Assembly: GCA_041389145.1 (NCBI GenBank)
Contig: JAWKSK010000003.1
Span: forward strand, 128-64,127
Direction of reading: 5' to 3'
From: Patescibacteria group bacterium
Lineage (GTDB): Bacteria; Patescibacteriota; Kazan-3B-28
DNA: 64,000 bases
Made by a program: the position numbers and the translations under genes. Shown here piece by piece: positions 46,953-57,220 of the stretch (its first letter is position 1; each line of letters opens with the position of its first letter). The notes beneath the pieces were generated by a model, which saw nothing but the letters and a program-made list of their open reading frames with translations, made no database searches and was not told the DNA's origin.

Positions 46953-49900
46953 CTATGGTCTTGGTTCGCCACTACCGTAGTTGATGGTCCAATAAGTAAA
47001 GTCGGTGGAGTTTACAAGTCCATCATTAGTGAAGTCTGCCTCGTATGAATTCTTAAACCAAGCTTGGATAATCTTGGATACATCAACAGTGTTTATCGCG
47101 TTATCACGCCAAAGGGTAGGGAGACTATTTAAGATATCTGGGGCGATGTCACCGATTAAGAGACCTTTTTGCTGACCCTTGTGAGTACCGGTGAAGTTAA
47201 CTGGAACTGTACCTGGCGTAGTTGCCACTACTGGCTTGGTACGAGCTAGGTGGTAACGACCCTTAGCCCAGTAGGTGTAGTTAACGTTTGGCTTGAGGTA
47301 GATGGTTGGAAGATCTAAGACATAGTCATCTCCATTGGTGAAGTATGATTCATCGATAACTGGTTGAGCAGTACCGTTTGGTTCACGCAAGAACAAACTG
47401 ACCAAGCGATCATAGGCTTTGGCTTCTAATGGAACAACGGTATCGAGGTTGATTGCAATCAGACTACCAACTGGTTCAAAGAAGGCTTGGGTTTCAAGGG
47501 TAATTCCGTCGACATTCGCGACGAGGTTGGCAATACCCACCGAGTTAGAGCGAAGGAAGAAGCTAGCCTGTCCAAGAGCATTCGTGGTGAGGGTAGGAAG
47601 AGGAGAAATAGTGCCCAACGAGCTGGTAAGGGTAACCTGACGGTTTGGAATACCGATGTTATTTGTATTTCTAACAGTGACCCTAATCACCGAGAAGGCT
47701 TCACCATCAGCTGGAACGTATTTAGGAACTGCAGAGATAGTGGAGAGCTCCTGGCTAATGGTTTGACCAATGGTCTTGCTAACTGGGACTGATACCGGCT
47801 GAAGAGCAACCGGCTTAGCGGTGATTAGAACGTTACCTGTGTAGAAACCAGGAGCAAACTGGGTGGTGATTTCACCATTAGAATTGGTGGTACCAGAAAG
47901 GACGGTGAGGAAGTCACCAGACTGAGTGTAGGCAGCGGTGAAGAAGACTGGCCAGTTTGGAACTGGAGTTGGAACACCCGAACCAATGTAGGTAACAGTG
48001 GCTGTAATGTTTGAACGTTGTGACGAACCTGCTTCAACCGAAGTAGGGGAGGCAACTACATTTACTCGGTACTTTGATGCATCTACTCCAATTGGTATAT
48101 ACAAATCGTTTGAGTAGACCACACCGATTCCTGCAATGGTGGCTTTAGCAACGATCAACGGGAACTGTGGAAGATCCTGTGGCCCCACGTTGTAGGTTGA
48201 GGTGGCAATACCCTGACCACCATTTACTGTGGTCTTGGATGGAGAAACAGTGCCAACACCTGTAAGAATAAATTCGACTGGAGTACCACTGGCAACTGGA
48301 TTTCCTTCCCGATCTACTACTGTTGCGGTAAGGGCGGAACTACCACCAGTGGCGCTTAAACTATCTGGATTACCAATCAATGTAAAGGTATGGCCAGTAT
48401 CAACTTCTTTGACAATCAAGCCAGTATTGGCGACAGGTACACCATCGATGATGACTGTACCCACGATTAACACCTCATCAGATTCATCACCGGCGTCGGT
48501 GGTATAGACAGTAGTTGCGATACCATCAGCATTGGTCTTACGGCCTTTGGATTCTGGGTTGTCAGGATCATCTACTAGCGGATCCAGGGTGCCGTTGTCT
48601 CCTCCCATGAATCCAAAGCGGACCTCGACGTTTGGAAGAGGTGAAATCTGACCCGTAATTTCGTCTAGACGTCCAACAAAGGCGGTAATATTTGACTTTG
48701 CAATTCCGTCACGTGGAATCCGATTAGGAGATGGGATAATGTTTACCACGATGTTGGATGGAGTAGTTACCAGGAAGTCAAAATTACCTGGGAGATTTGC
48801 TACTCGATTCCCAGTAGTTACGGTGACGTTCCAGTAGCCCATTGAAGCAGTGTTTGCGATATCAATGGTAACTTCTAGTTCGTCTGGACTAATGCGGTTC
48901 ACGCTGTCAGCTACGGTGATACCAGTGCCATTACCATCAACATAGGTAAAGGTAACTACCGAGGTTGGTTGGAAGAATGCATCTTCACCGGTTATATGAA
49001 TAACTAGATCATTAGTGTTGCGGTAACCAAACGATGGGTTCACCTGTGTTAAACGAGGACCAGTGATGCTACCGTTAGAAAGAACTTCTAATGGATAATC
49101 AACTACTTCATATTCTTTTTCATTATCAGGAGTACCGTCTGGACTAATCTCAGTGGTGACTCTAAAGATCCAGTTTCCAATTACCGCAGTAGGGGAGGCG
49201 GTAAGGTTTGCAACGGTAAGCTTGAGTGAATCTTCAATGGTGACATTGCCAAAGTTTAAGTCACTTGTATCATCAGTTTGGTTAAGGATTATCTTGCCAC
49301 CCAACTTTACACCGAAGATTTCAGTGGTGACGATAATTTGTGCTGGGCCTGCGGTTTGAGAACGGTTGAACACAGATTGTGCATAACCATTGGAGCTTGC
49401 CTTTGAACCTGGATTAAAGCTTCCAAGATTTGAAGTGAAGTTGAAGGTCAGAGTATCGTCTACCAGAACCCTGTCGGTACCAATAATCTCGTACACAGCA
49501 CCGCGTACTACTGCAGATTCACCTGGGGCCAAGTCAGAAGCTGGGGAAGAAGCAACATAGATCTCGTATGGATGGTCAGAGCTATCCTCTAACATGAACC
49601 AGAGTTCATCAGCAACCGTAGTACCTGTAACTTCTGCCCTTAATTTAACAATGCCTGGAGTTGCACCGGACCGGAAGGTGAAGGTAGCCTCTCCCTGTGC
49701 ATTTGTATTTACGGATGTAGTGCCAGGAGGTGAGAAGGAACCGCTACCGGTAACAATACTCAGATTGATCTGACGGTTTGGATATTGAGGTGCTGAAATT
49801 TGAATCGGTGTTTTGGAAACACTATCCGCCTTGATATGTGGATTATCTACTGACAAGGCAAGACCGGTCCGTGAAGGAGAGATTAATGATACATGGCTAT

Positions 49901-52900
49901 TTCCTTGTTCCCAGTTAGTCTGACCACCGATTGCTTCTACGAGATCGATGGTTTCGCCTTGAAGAATTTGATTTGGGGTTAGAGATTTGATGTAGGCTGC
50001 AAATTCAATGGTTAGGGTTTGCAGAAGTGGGGATGGGTTAGAACTAAGCTCGGCTGCAGTTGGAGCATAGAAAGCACGCAGCGTAGCCAGACCCTTAACA
50101 CTGGACTTGATAGTAAAGGTGGCCTCACCAGCGCTATTAGTAGTTGCCGAGGTAGGTGCGATGATATCAGCACCTTCACGATTAGATTCTATCTTTACGT
50201 GATAGCCAGCGATTGGTGTTCCCAAGTAGTCTTTAAGAGTAACGGTAAGGGTAGCTTGGTCGACACCATCGGCAGCTACTTTATATTTGTCAGTGGTGAG
50301 ACTAGATTGGAGTTGACTAGGAACTCCTGGAACATCCCTAACCTCGACTTGGTCGGTTAATCCAGGAACAAAGAATGAATATCCAGCTTCAGAAATTGCA
50401 CTTCCAATAACATCCATTGGTGATTCAGTAGGGGAGTTGGAGTAGATTCTAAAGCGAGCCTGTCCGTTTACATCAAAGTAGACATATTCATTAGCTTCGT
50501 CTGGGAATTGTGGGGTGTCGTAGACTTCACCAACGCGTTCTACGCGTTCGGTCTTACCTTCGTTGAAGGAATAGTCGGTAGTGACCAGTGGACTGGTAGA
50601 GCGTGAGGTAGTAAGTTTTACTGCATATCGATTACCGTTACTGTCCTGGAATACTGGTTCATCTAAACCATTCTTGATGGTAACGATGACATCGCTACCA
50701 AAGACACCCTCTGGTGAGATAGGGGAGGTAACGACTTCCAAGTTGCCGGTAATATCACCGGAACCAAAGAGCCCAAGGTTTTGAAGACGATTAGATTCCA
50801 CACCACCATAATGGAAGATGGATAGGATAGGGTTTGAAGTACCAGACACCACCATGTAGTCGGCTGCGAATGACTCGGATGAGGAACCATCTGCAAATAA
50901 TGATTCAGGGATAATAATGTCGATACTGTCGGCATAGGTTACCTCACCAAGGTTTGGATCAAGGTAAGTAATTCGGACAGTAATAGCATCTGGATATGAT
51001 CCTGCAAACTGCTTATCTTTGGTGGCTGTAAACTCGAGTTGAGAATTAGACTGAGATCCGATGGATCCAATATTGGAATAGTTGAGAGTCCATTCGTATT
51101 CAACTGCTTGTGAAAAATTGGTGTAGTACTGATCGTATGGTGTAGCTCTGAATACTCGTTTGGCACCTGGAACCACGATTGCGGAATTGGTATTGGCCTC
51201 TGCGCGACTAAGTACGGCATCTGGTTTTGGAGTACCACTTGGATAGACAGCAATGTCAGCAAAGCCACTAATCGTTTTCCCATCTAAGTTACAGTCGGCT
51301 TTAATTCCACGTCCAACCTTACGGTAGAGATCGAGGTTTGGATTGGCTGTGGCAGTTACACTATTGTTTGGATTAACTTCGAGATTGGAAATGATTCCAA
51401 ATGCACCACCGGTCAAGGACCAGGAACAAGTGGCACCGGTTAGTCTCACACCATTAGAGTTGTATGGGTGTGCAGTAAAGATAGTTTGAGATCCGGCTGA
51501 CAATGTTTGAATCCCAGGCGTGACCTTAACGTATGCAAATGAATTATCAACACCTGCAATTCCGAGATCTGACATTGCAAACCAACGTTCTTCAAAGTCG
51601 TCTGTGGTTGGCTTGTACATGAATGTTTTAGGACCAAAGTTGAAGGTATAGTCCGGTACATGTGGATCGTGATCTAGGCTTTGAGGAAGTGGGTTTTGGA
51701 ACTCTTGTTGACCTCCATAAAAGACTGCCTTATCACCAAGTGAATATCCCTGAAGGTTATATGCGGCTGTATAGATGTTTTGATCACCTGGCTCTGAATC
51801 TGCATTCAATGAGTTAATGTAATCGGTGTCCTGGAACCACTCAGAGCTGCGGAAGTTTTGTGATTGAGCAGTGACAGCAACAGGCAGTCTGAAATAAGTA
51901 ACGTTGTTGCCAGTGGCAGTTGTATAGTTGCCTGCATTTTCTAATCCACCAACTACAGCAGGGGAGGACAGCATGTCAGCAAGAGCAAAGAAGGCTTTAC
52001 CACGATTCTGATTTCCAGCTTCATCTTTTAAGGCCCAGCGATCATCTAGCAAGGAACCGGAATAGTTGCCGGTAGCCTGGTTGCCGTTGGTGCCTGACCA
52101 ACGGTTGTTAGATTCGTTCCAGGCATAACTAATGTTGCCAACGAACCTGTATGAAAAATTGGCAACCGTTTGATTTGCCCCGAACTTGAAGCGAAGATTA
52201 GAGCCGGTTGTATGAACTGGGTGCACACCGTCATCAATGACCCAGAAGGTTTTGAATCTTTCTGCAGAACCGTTGGTAACAACTTCCACTTCCTTAAGCC
52301 ATGTAGCACCACCGATTACTGCTAGTTTTCCACCAGCGAAGTTCTTGATAACTTTATGACCATAACGGCCCTGAGGAACCGGAACAACTTCGCCATCAGA
52401 GGTGATCATAAAGCGAAGATGGCCTAGCTTTGCAACTGTGCCAGGAGTCCAACTGGGGGAGAGTTGACCAATGTAGTCTGAGCCTAATTCTGATGCTGTT
52501 GATGCACCTACATTTGATGTGTTGATAATAAAGTGTTCACCAACGGTGGTCACAAAGCGAGCACTAAGAAGGGCCTCGGTTAGCTTGGTGCTGGAGATAG
52601 GACCTCCAACGATAAAGAAGTTCTCATCACTCACATCATTGCGTCCTGAGCCCCCAAGGTCACTAAGACGGATACGAGCCTGACTAGTAGGGGTTAAGTC
52701 TTCAGGTATAGCCCACAAGAAAGAAGTACTACCCTTGGAAACAATACCAGTTCCAGCTCCTGGAAGTGGAACCCAACTGGTGCCACCGTTAGATGAGTAT
52801 TCGAGTTTAAGATCGTTATTGGAATTTGTTTCCCAGGCAATTGTGTGAGTGGTGCCTGCTGACCAGTATTCACCACCGTTAGGGGAGGTTATAGCAAAGT

Positions 52901-54941
52901 TAACACCTTCACCAATAGTAAAGTCATCTGATCTATCCCATCTACCAGTTTGATTTACTGCACATGATTCTGGATTAATGTAATCATTGCCTGTAAGTTC
53001 TTTGGTTTGAATACAAATTCCAATATTTGCCTCATTGGTTAGAGCTTGAGGAGTCAACCAACTGTAGGAACTATCAATTGGTTGATTCTGTTTGATAAGT
53101 TTCCAGTTGAGACCTGGACTTTTCCACCACAATGAAACAAAGTCAAAATCTGATTGATAGTTCCAGCTTATGGTGGTTCGGTTTCCGCCGGGAATTTGGT
53201 CACCGAGTTGAGGAGAGGTGATTTCGACTGAATGATTTTGGATAGCGACTGGATCCGAGACATCGCTTACAACAGAACAATCTGGTTGATATTTACCTTG
53301 ATCATCAAAATAGTGGCCTAAACAAACCCGAATTTGGATATCAGTATTGTTCTGAATTTCAGAAGGAATAGTAAAATCGAAACTTCCATCATTGGTTACA
53401 GATGAGAAATACAGATTCCAATTGGTGGATGAGGTTGGTTTCCACCAAATAGAAGCGTAAGGTTCTGTAGAGTTTGTATCCCAGGTAATTGGGTATGTAC
53501 CCAATCGATACCAGGTGGTATCGGCGACTGGTGAAGTAATAATTAACCCGGTATCAACGATCTCAAATACATCACTTTCATCGGAATAGAATGAATTCCC
53601 ACCATCATTACAGGTAGCAACTGTATTACTACTGCCCATACAGAATCTAAACTTTGCTGCACCAAGCGGATAGCCAATTGGAACGTCAACTTGAAAAGTT
53701 TTAGTACTAGAACTAATTATTGAAAGTGGGAACTCCAATAACTGCCAGTCCTCAGCTTGTCCTGCCTTAGCTTCTGAAATCCAAATTGAACTCCAGGTAT
53801 TATTAGTGATATTTCTGGCGGTTACGGTGACCTGTGCTTTATAGCCTCGAGCAATTTGGTCGCCATTAGTTGGTGATATGATTTGTAGTTTAGTTTCGTC
53901 AATGCCTTGGATGGTAATACCTTGAACACCACCAGCGCCATCGTTTGAGCCTCGTCCGATTGGATCAGAAGTTGTATTGTCACCGTTTCCATCATTGCCA
54001 CCAACGGTCGTACCTCCTCCTGTACCAGTTCCGCCAATGACCGGCTTCTGACTGCTACCGATGCCACCATTTTCCTGTGTATGGTTCAAGAAAAGACCAG
54101 TGCTACCAATAACTGTCTTGTCCTTTACGTTATTCCAGAGAGCAAAATCACCTGAAATATCAATCATGTCAGTGTTGTAGGTTTGAGCGACATCTTCGTT
54201 GATTGGCGGGAATGGGTTGCCGTATACACCTCCAACCACGTGAATGTTTTCACCATCAACAACTACTTCTGGATAGAAGTTAACACCAGACAGAAGTGCA
54301 AATACCTCCCAGCCACTGCCTGGATTGTTCAGATTAAGACGTTCGATAGTGGAGTAGAGGAGAGCGCTCTGATTTTGGTTTTCGACCACCTTAGGGACGT
54401 TAATGTCACCGGACACTACGTAGAGGTACTCACCAACCTGAACGAATCCAAACTCTGCATGACCAAAGTTAGTGGAACCCCAAGCTGTTGCTTCACCTTC
54501 CCAGCTATCTCCAATCACGTTTCCTTTGGAGTCGATTTCTATTCTTCTGACTTTATCTAAAATTGTTTGCTGGTAGCGGTTTTCTGTAACGTTAAAAAGC
54601 AGGTCGATACCACCTGCAACGTATAGCCAGCGCTTTCCCCCCTGATTTACAGATACCATTTTGGAATGAGCTGCTTTTTCTGCACCGTCACGTTCAAGGG
54701 TAGACCAGATTTTCTCAAGATCTGGATCTGGGGCGACACTAGCGCGGCTACCAGATGGGGGATTGAGCAAAGAACCAATCTCGGTAGCAAACAATACGGC
54801 TGCAAATACAGCAATAATAGCCCCTAAACCGATAAGATTCCGTCGCAGGTATCTGCGATCGGCTATTTGGCTAATTATCTGCTCCAGGAAAGTCATTAGT
54901 TTTTTTGATTTGCTTATATTATTGTAGCAAATAATCCTCAA
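46953..54941 (-). CDS. Giant (about 2650 aa) N-terminally anchored multi-domain surface protein (adhesin-like)
   Basis: Uninterrupted 7989-nt ORF with a probable ATG at 54896. TM LIGLGAIIAVFAAVLFA and a beta-propeller-like N-region. Four tandem modules begin I(I/T)SP... with conserved W (e.g. LIITSPVADTTWYRLGTYPITWDT). Also an Asp-box-like SSNGGTSW, many Big_1-like Ig modules (e.g. ADGVDQATLTVTLKDYLGTPIAGYHVKIESN) and a dockerin-like end DFTNDGLVNSTDFTYW. Confidence 0.8.
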   Translation of the reverse strand: MRIICYNNISKSKKLMTFLEQIISQIADRRYLRRNLIGLGAIIAVFAAVLFATEIGSLLNPPSGSRASVAPDPDLEKIWSTLERDGAEKAAHSKMVSVNQGGKRWLYVAGGIDLLFNVTENRYQQTILDKVRRIEIDSKGNVIGDSWEGEATAWGSTNFGHAEFGFVQVGEYLYVVSGDINVPKVVENQNQSALLYSTIERLNLNNPGSGWEVFALLSGVNFYPEVVVDGENIHVVGGVYGNPFPPINEDVAQTYNTDMIDISGDFALWNNVKDKTVIGSTGLFLNHTQENGGIGSSQKPVIGGTGTGGGTTVGGNDGNGDNTTSDPIGRGSNDGAGGVQGITIQGIDETKLQIISPTNGDQIARGYKAQVTVTARNITNNTWSSIWISEAKAGQAEDWQLLEFPLSIISSSTKTFQVDVPIGYPLGAAKFRFCMGSSNTVATCNDGGNSFYSDESDVFEIVDTGLIITSPVADTTWYRLGTYPITWDTNSTEPYASIWWKPTSSTNWNLYFSSVTNDGSFDFTIPSEIQNNTDIQIRVCLGHYFDDQGKYQPDCSVVSDVSDPVAIQNHSVEITSPQLGDQIPGGNRTTISWNYQSDFDFVSLWWKSPGLNWKLIKQNQPIDSSYSWLTPQALTNEANIGICIQTKELTGNDYINPESCAVNQTGRWDRSDDFTIGEGVNFAITSPNGGEYWSAGTTHTIAWETNSNNDLKLEYSSNGGTSWVPLPGAGTGIVSKGSTSFLWAIPEDLTPTSQARIRLSDLGGSGRNDVSDENFFIVGGPISSTKLTEALLSARFVTTVGEHFIINTSNVGASTASELGSDYIGQLSPSWTPGTVAKLGHLRFMITSDGEVVPVPQGRYGHKVIKNFAGGKLAVIGGATWLKEVEVVTNGSAERFKTFWVIDDGVHPVHTTGSNLRFKFGANQTVANFSYRFVGNISYAWNESNNRWSGTNGNQATGNYSGSLLDDRWALKDEAGNQNRGKAFFALADMLSSPAVVGGLENAGNYTTATGNNVTYFRLPVAVTAQSQNFRSSEWFQDTDYINSLNADSEPGDQNIYTAAYNLQGYSLGDKAVFYGGQQEFQNPLPQSLDHDPHVPDYTFNFGPKTFMYKPTTDDFEERWFAMSDLGIAGVDNSFAYVKVTPGIQTLSAGSQTIFTAHPYNSNGVRLTGATCSWSLTGGAFGIISNLEVNPNNSVTATANPNLDLYRKVGRGIKADCNLDGKTISGFADIAVYPSGTPKPDAVLSRAEANTNSAIVVPGAKRVFRATPYDQYYTNFSQAVEYEWTLNYSNIGSIGSQSNSQLEFTATKDKQFAGSYPDAITVRITYLDPNLGEVTYADSIDIIIPESLFADGSSSESFAADYMVVSGTSNPILSIFHYGGVESNRLQNLGLFGSGDITGNLEVVTSPISPEGVFGSDVIVTIKNGLDEPVFQDSNGNRYAVKLTTSRSTSPLVTTDYSFNEGKTERVERVGEVYDTPQFPDEANEYVYFDVNGQARFRIYSNSPTESPMDVIGSAISEAGYSFFVPGLTDQVEVRDVPGVPSQLQSSLTTDKYKVAADGVDQATLTVTLKDYLGTPIAGYHVKIESNREGADIIAPTSATTNSAGEATFTIKSSVKGLATLRAFYAPTAAELSSNPSPLLQTLTIEFAAYIKSLTPNQILQGETIDLVEAIGGQTNWEQGNSHVSLISPSRTGLALSVDNPHIKADSVSKTPIQISAPQYPNRQINLSIVTGSGSFSPPGTTSVNTNAQGEATFTFRSGATPGIVKLRAEVTGTTVADELWFMLEDSSDHPYEIYVASSPASDLAPGESAVVRGAVYEIIGTDRVLVDDTLTFNFTSNLGSFNPGSKASSNGYAQSVFNRSQTAGPAQIIVTTEIFGVKLGGKIILNQTDDTSDLNFGNVTIEDSLKLTVANLTASPTAVIGNWIFRVTTEISPDGTPDNEKEYEVVDYPLEVLSNGSITGPRLTQVNPSFGYRNTNDLVIHITGEDAFFQPTSVVTFTYVDGNGTGITVADSVNRISPDELEVTIDIANTASMGYWNVTVTTGNRVANLPGNFDFLVTTPSNIVVNIIPSPNRIPRDGIAKSNITAFVGRLDEITGQISPLPNVEVRFGFMGGDNGTLDPLVDDPDNPESKGRKTNADGIATTVYTTDAGDESDEVLIVGTVIIDGVPVANTGLIVKEVDTGHTFTLIGNPDSLSATGGSSALTATVVDREGNPVASGTPVEFILTGVGTVSPSKTTVNGGQGIATSTYNVGPQDLPQFPLIVAKATIAGIGVVYSNDLYIPIGVDASKYRVNVVASPTSVEAGSSQRSNITATVTYIGSGVPTPVPNWPVFFTAAYTQSGDFLTVLSGTTNSNGEITTQFAPGFYTGNVLITAKPVALQPVSVPVSKTIGQTISQELSTISAVPKYVPADGEAFSVIRVTVRNTNNIGIPNRQVTLTSSLGTISPLPTLTTNALGQASFFLRSNSVGIANLVANVDGITLETQAFFEPVGSLIAINLDTVVPLEAKAYDRLVSLFLREPNGTAQPVIDESYFTNGDDYVLDLPTIYLKPNVNYTYWAKGRYHLARTKPVVATTPGTVPVNFTGTHKGQQKGLLIGDIAPDILNSLPTLWRDNAINTVDVSKIIQAWFKNSYEADFTNDGLVNSTDFTYWTINYGSGEPRP

Positions 54942-54987
54942 AATGTGAGGATTATTACGCTATTTTTTGGCTAAAAAGTCAAGAGGT

Positions 54988-55995
54988 CTAATTGTCGACG
55001 TTTTGGTCGAGTTCGAGTGGGTAGTAGGTCATGATGGCTTCCTTGATATAGTCTTCATCGGCAACAAGGAAGGTAAGGGGTTGGTCGAACTGGGCCATGA
55101 GGTCGGCTACTAGTTCGGTGGATGGGTGAGCCATTGCCACAGAAATAACACCATCTGGAGAACGATCTACGGCAATAGCTAAATACTGCTGTGCGATTTG
55201 TTTAGGTATAACTCGAACCGTATTACCATCTAGGTCGTAGCGTGAGAGATCGATGCCAGGAATGCGGTACTGGCTAGCAAGAGCTTGGACGATGTCCTGT
55301 CTAGTAATTTTATCTGCCTCTTCGAGAATTTCACCTAGTTTTTTTCCACTACCTGGTTGAAGCTGAAGGGCCTTGATCACATCTTCGTTGGTGATGCGAC
55401 CTTCGGCAACCAATATTTCACCAATGCGATGACTAGGTTTAATAACTCTAACCTTTTGATGTGAATGGTTTGATTCTTGTGGTTGTTGTGAGAGCAGGCT
55501 TTTGTCAGAAATCTTCGAGGCGAGACTTGCGGGGCGGGGGACAGACTGTAATTGAAAGAAGCTTTGTCGACCGGCGGACTGAACATTGATGTTTCCGTAG
55601 TTAAAGATGTTTTGTAGATATCCCTTCATTTCCACTTGAATATCTTGAACCTGGTTAAAACTAAGCTGTGAAAGCCGACGATTAAAAAGTGAGACAAGCG
55701 CAATATCAATAAGCCGATCATGAGTGATAATCCAGGCATCCTGATACCAGAATGTCCATTCGGTCATGAAGAAGCTTATGACAAAAACAATATACAAACC
55801 ACTGAATATCCAGATTGCCAATACACCTGCTGGATCCGAAGTAATTCCGACTGCCTGGAATACAACATACGAAAGCGAAACAGGGAGAAGCATGATTAAG
55901 GACCAAACCGCAGGAAGAAGGAGATCTAGAATATGCCTTCTTACGATAAGTGGTTCGTCATTGTAGGCTTGTTGATTTGGATATTCGTGTGTCAT
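54988..55995 (-). CDS. Membrane bPH_2-domain protein fused to an MshEN/T2SSE_N-type (c-di-GMP-binding) domain
   Basis: Two TM helices plus IITHDRLIDIALVSLFNRRLSQLSFNQVQDIQVEMKG (bPH_2). Then RIGEILVAEGRITNEDVIKALQLQ-PGSGK-KLGEILEEADKITRQDIVQALASQ and the rest of a T2SSE_N fold. The start was moved to the ATG at 55995 (MTHEYP). Confidence 0.7.
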   Translation of the reverse strand: MTHEYPNQQAYNDEPLIVRRHILDLLLPAVWSLIMLLPVSLSYVVFQAVGITSDPAGVLAIWIFSGLYIVFVISFFMTEWTFWYQDAWIITHDRLIDIALVSLFNRRLSQLSFNQVQDIQVEMKGYLQNIFNYGNINVQSAGRQSFFQLQSVPRPASLASKISDKSLLSQQPQESNHSHQKVRVIKPSHRIGEILVAEGRITNEDVIKALQLQPGSGKKLGEILEEADKITRQDIVQALASQYRIPGIDLSRYDLDGNTVRVIPKQIAQQYLAIAVDRSPDGVISVAMAHPSTELVADLMAQFDQPLTFLVADEDYIKEAIMTYYPLELDQNVDN

Positions 55996-56159
55996 GTAGT
56001 TGATAGGAGCTGATTGTATGCAAGGATGCCCCCAATCCAAGATATGGTGATTACTGCAATTACGATGGCAATATATAATCCGATCGCAACGCTAGTTTTA
56101 TCACCTCGAAATCCAATCCTAAATTTAACTAAGTGAAAAATATTGATAATCGTAAGCAT
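55992..56159 (-). CDS. Possible 55-aa small membrane protein, ATGA-coupled to the bPH-MshEN gene
   Basis: MLTIINIFHLVKFRIGFRGDKTSVAIGLYIAIVIAVITISWIGGILAYNQLLSTT. Its stop overlaps the next start. No clear Shine-Dalgarno sequence. Confidence 0.35.
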   Translation of the reverse strand: MLTIINIFHLVKFRIGFRGDKTSVAIGLYIAIVIAVITISWIGGILAYNQLLSTT

Positions 56160-56205
56160 AGGTAGCAATGGCGAGAAAGAAGATAATGTAGATTGAAATA
56201 GATAT

Positions 56206-57213
56206 TCATTTTGTCACTTCTATTTCGAAGTTGAGATGTTGGTATGCCTTTGGGGTAACAGCACGTCCCTGGGCAGTACGTTGAAGAAATCCTTGTTGGA
56301 TTAGGTATGGTTCATATACATCTTCAATGGTTTGAGATTCTTCACCAAGACTGGCAGCAAGTGAGTTAACTCCAACTGGCCCTCCTTTAAATTGCTGGAT
56401 GATGATTGTTAGGATCTTACGATCTAATTCATCAAGTCCTGCATCATCGATGGCCAAACTAGTGAGAGTGTTGGCTACCACTTCACGTGTAATGTTGCCT
56501 TCGTTTTTTACAGTTGCAAAATCACGTACTTGCTTTAAAATTCGGTTTGCAGTGCGTGGAGTAAATCGTGAACTCAGCGAAATTAACTCGGCAGCTGAGT
56601 CGGGTAATTCTACATTGAGAATTGTACTGGCTCGCTGCACAATTTTTTGAATGTCTTGTGCAGAATAATAATCCAAGCGATGAAGCGCACCGAATCGATC
56701 TCGTAGGGGAGAGGAGAGAGAACCTACACGAGTTGTTGCACCAATGAGAGTGAACTTGGGAAGTGATAGTTTAATCGAACGGGCTGACGGACCTTTACCA
56801 ACCATAATATCTAAGAAGAAATCTTCCATGGCAGAGTAGAGCACTTCTTCGATACTACGACCAAGGCGATGAATTTCATCGATAAACAACACATCACCCT
56901 CTTTCAAATTGGTGAGAATTGATGCTAGATCTCCTGGGCGCTCAATAGCAGGACCAGAAGTACTATGGAGGTTCACTCCCATCTCATTGGCGATAATGTG
57001 AGCTAGGGTTGTTTTACCCAGTCCCGGTGGCCCAAACAGTAGAATATGATCCAAGGGTTCTTCACGCATCTTGGCAGCAGAAATAGCAATCCCTAAAGCA
57101 TCCTTAATAGGGTCTTGTCCGATGTATCCATCAAAAGACTTAGGGCGAAGACCAATATCTATGGCTTCATCCCCAGGAATTGCGTTCTGGTCAATAATTC
57201 TATCTGTTTCCAT
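56206..57213 (-). CDS. ruvB: Holliday junction branch migration helicase RuvB
   Basis: [14 protein letters not shown] (Walker A), [10 protein letters not shown] (Walker B), GATTR and LRDRFG. Confidence 0.92.
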   Translation of the reverse strand: METDRIIDQNAIPGDEAIDIGLRPKSFDGYIGQDPIKDALGIAISAAKMREEPLDHILLFGPPGLGKTTLAHIIANEMGVNLHSTSGPAIERPGDLASILTNLKEGDVLFIDEIHRLGRSIEEVLYSAMEDFFLDIMVGKGPSARSIKLSLPKFTLIGATTRVGSLSSPLRDRFGALHRLDYYSAQDIQKIVQRASTILNVELPDSAAELISLSSRFTPRTANRILKQVRDFATVKNEGNITREVVANTLTSLAIDDAGLDELDRKILTIIIQQFKGGPVGVNSLAASLGEESQTIEDVYEPYLIQQGFLQRTAQGRAVTPKAYQHLNFEIEVTK

Positions 57214-57220
57214 GGCTCTA

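Noticed and set aside
47419-54560. About 20 ORFs of 60-125 aa on both strands inside the giant gene, with similar shadows inside the 7004-9499, 26678-28777, 41823-43373 and 43614-45527 genes
   Set aside because: They are antisense or off-frame shadows of long, clearly coding ORFs. They show low-complexity translations and no start signals.
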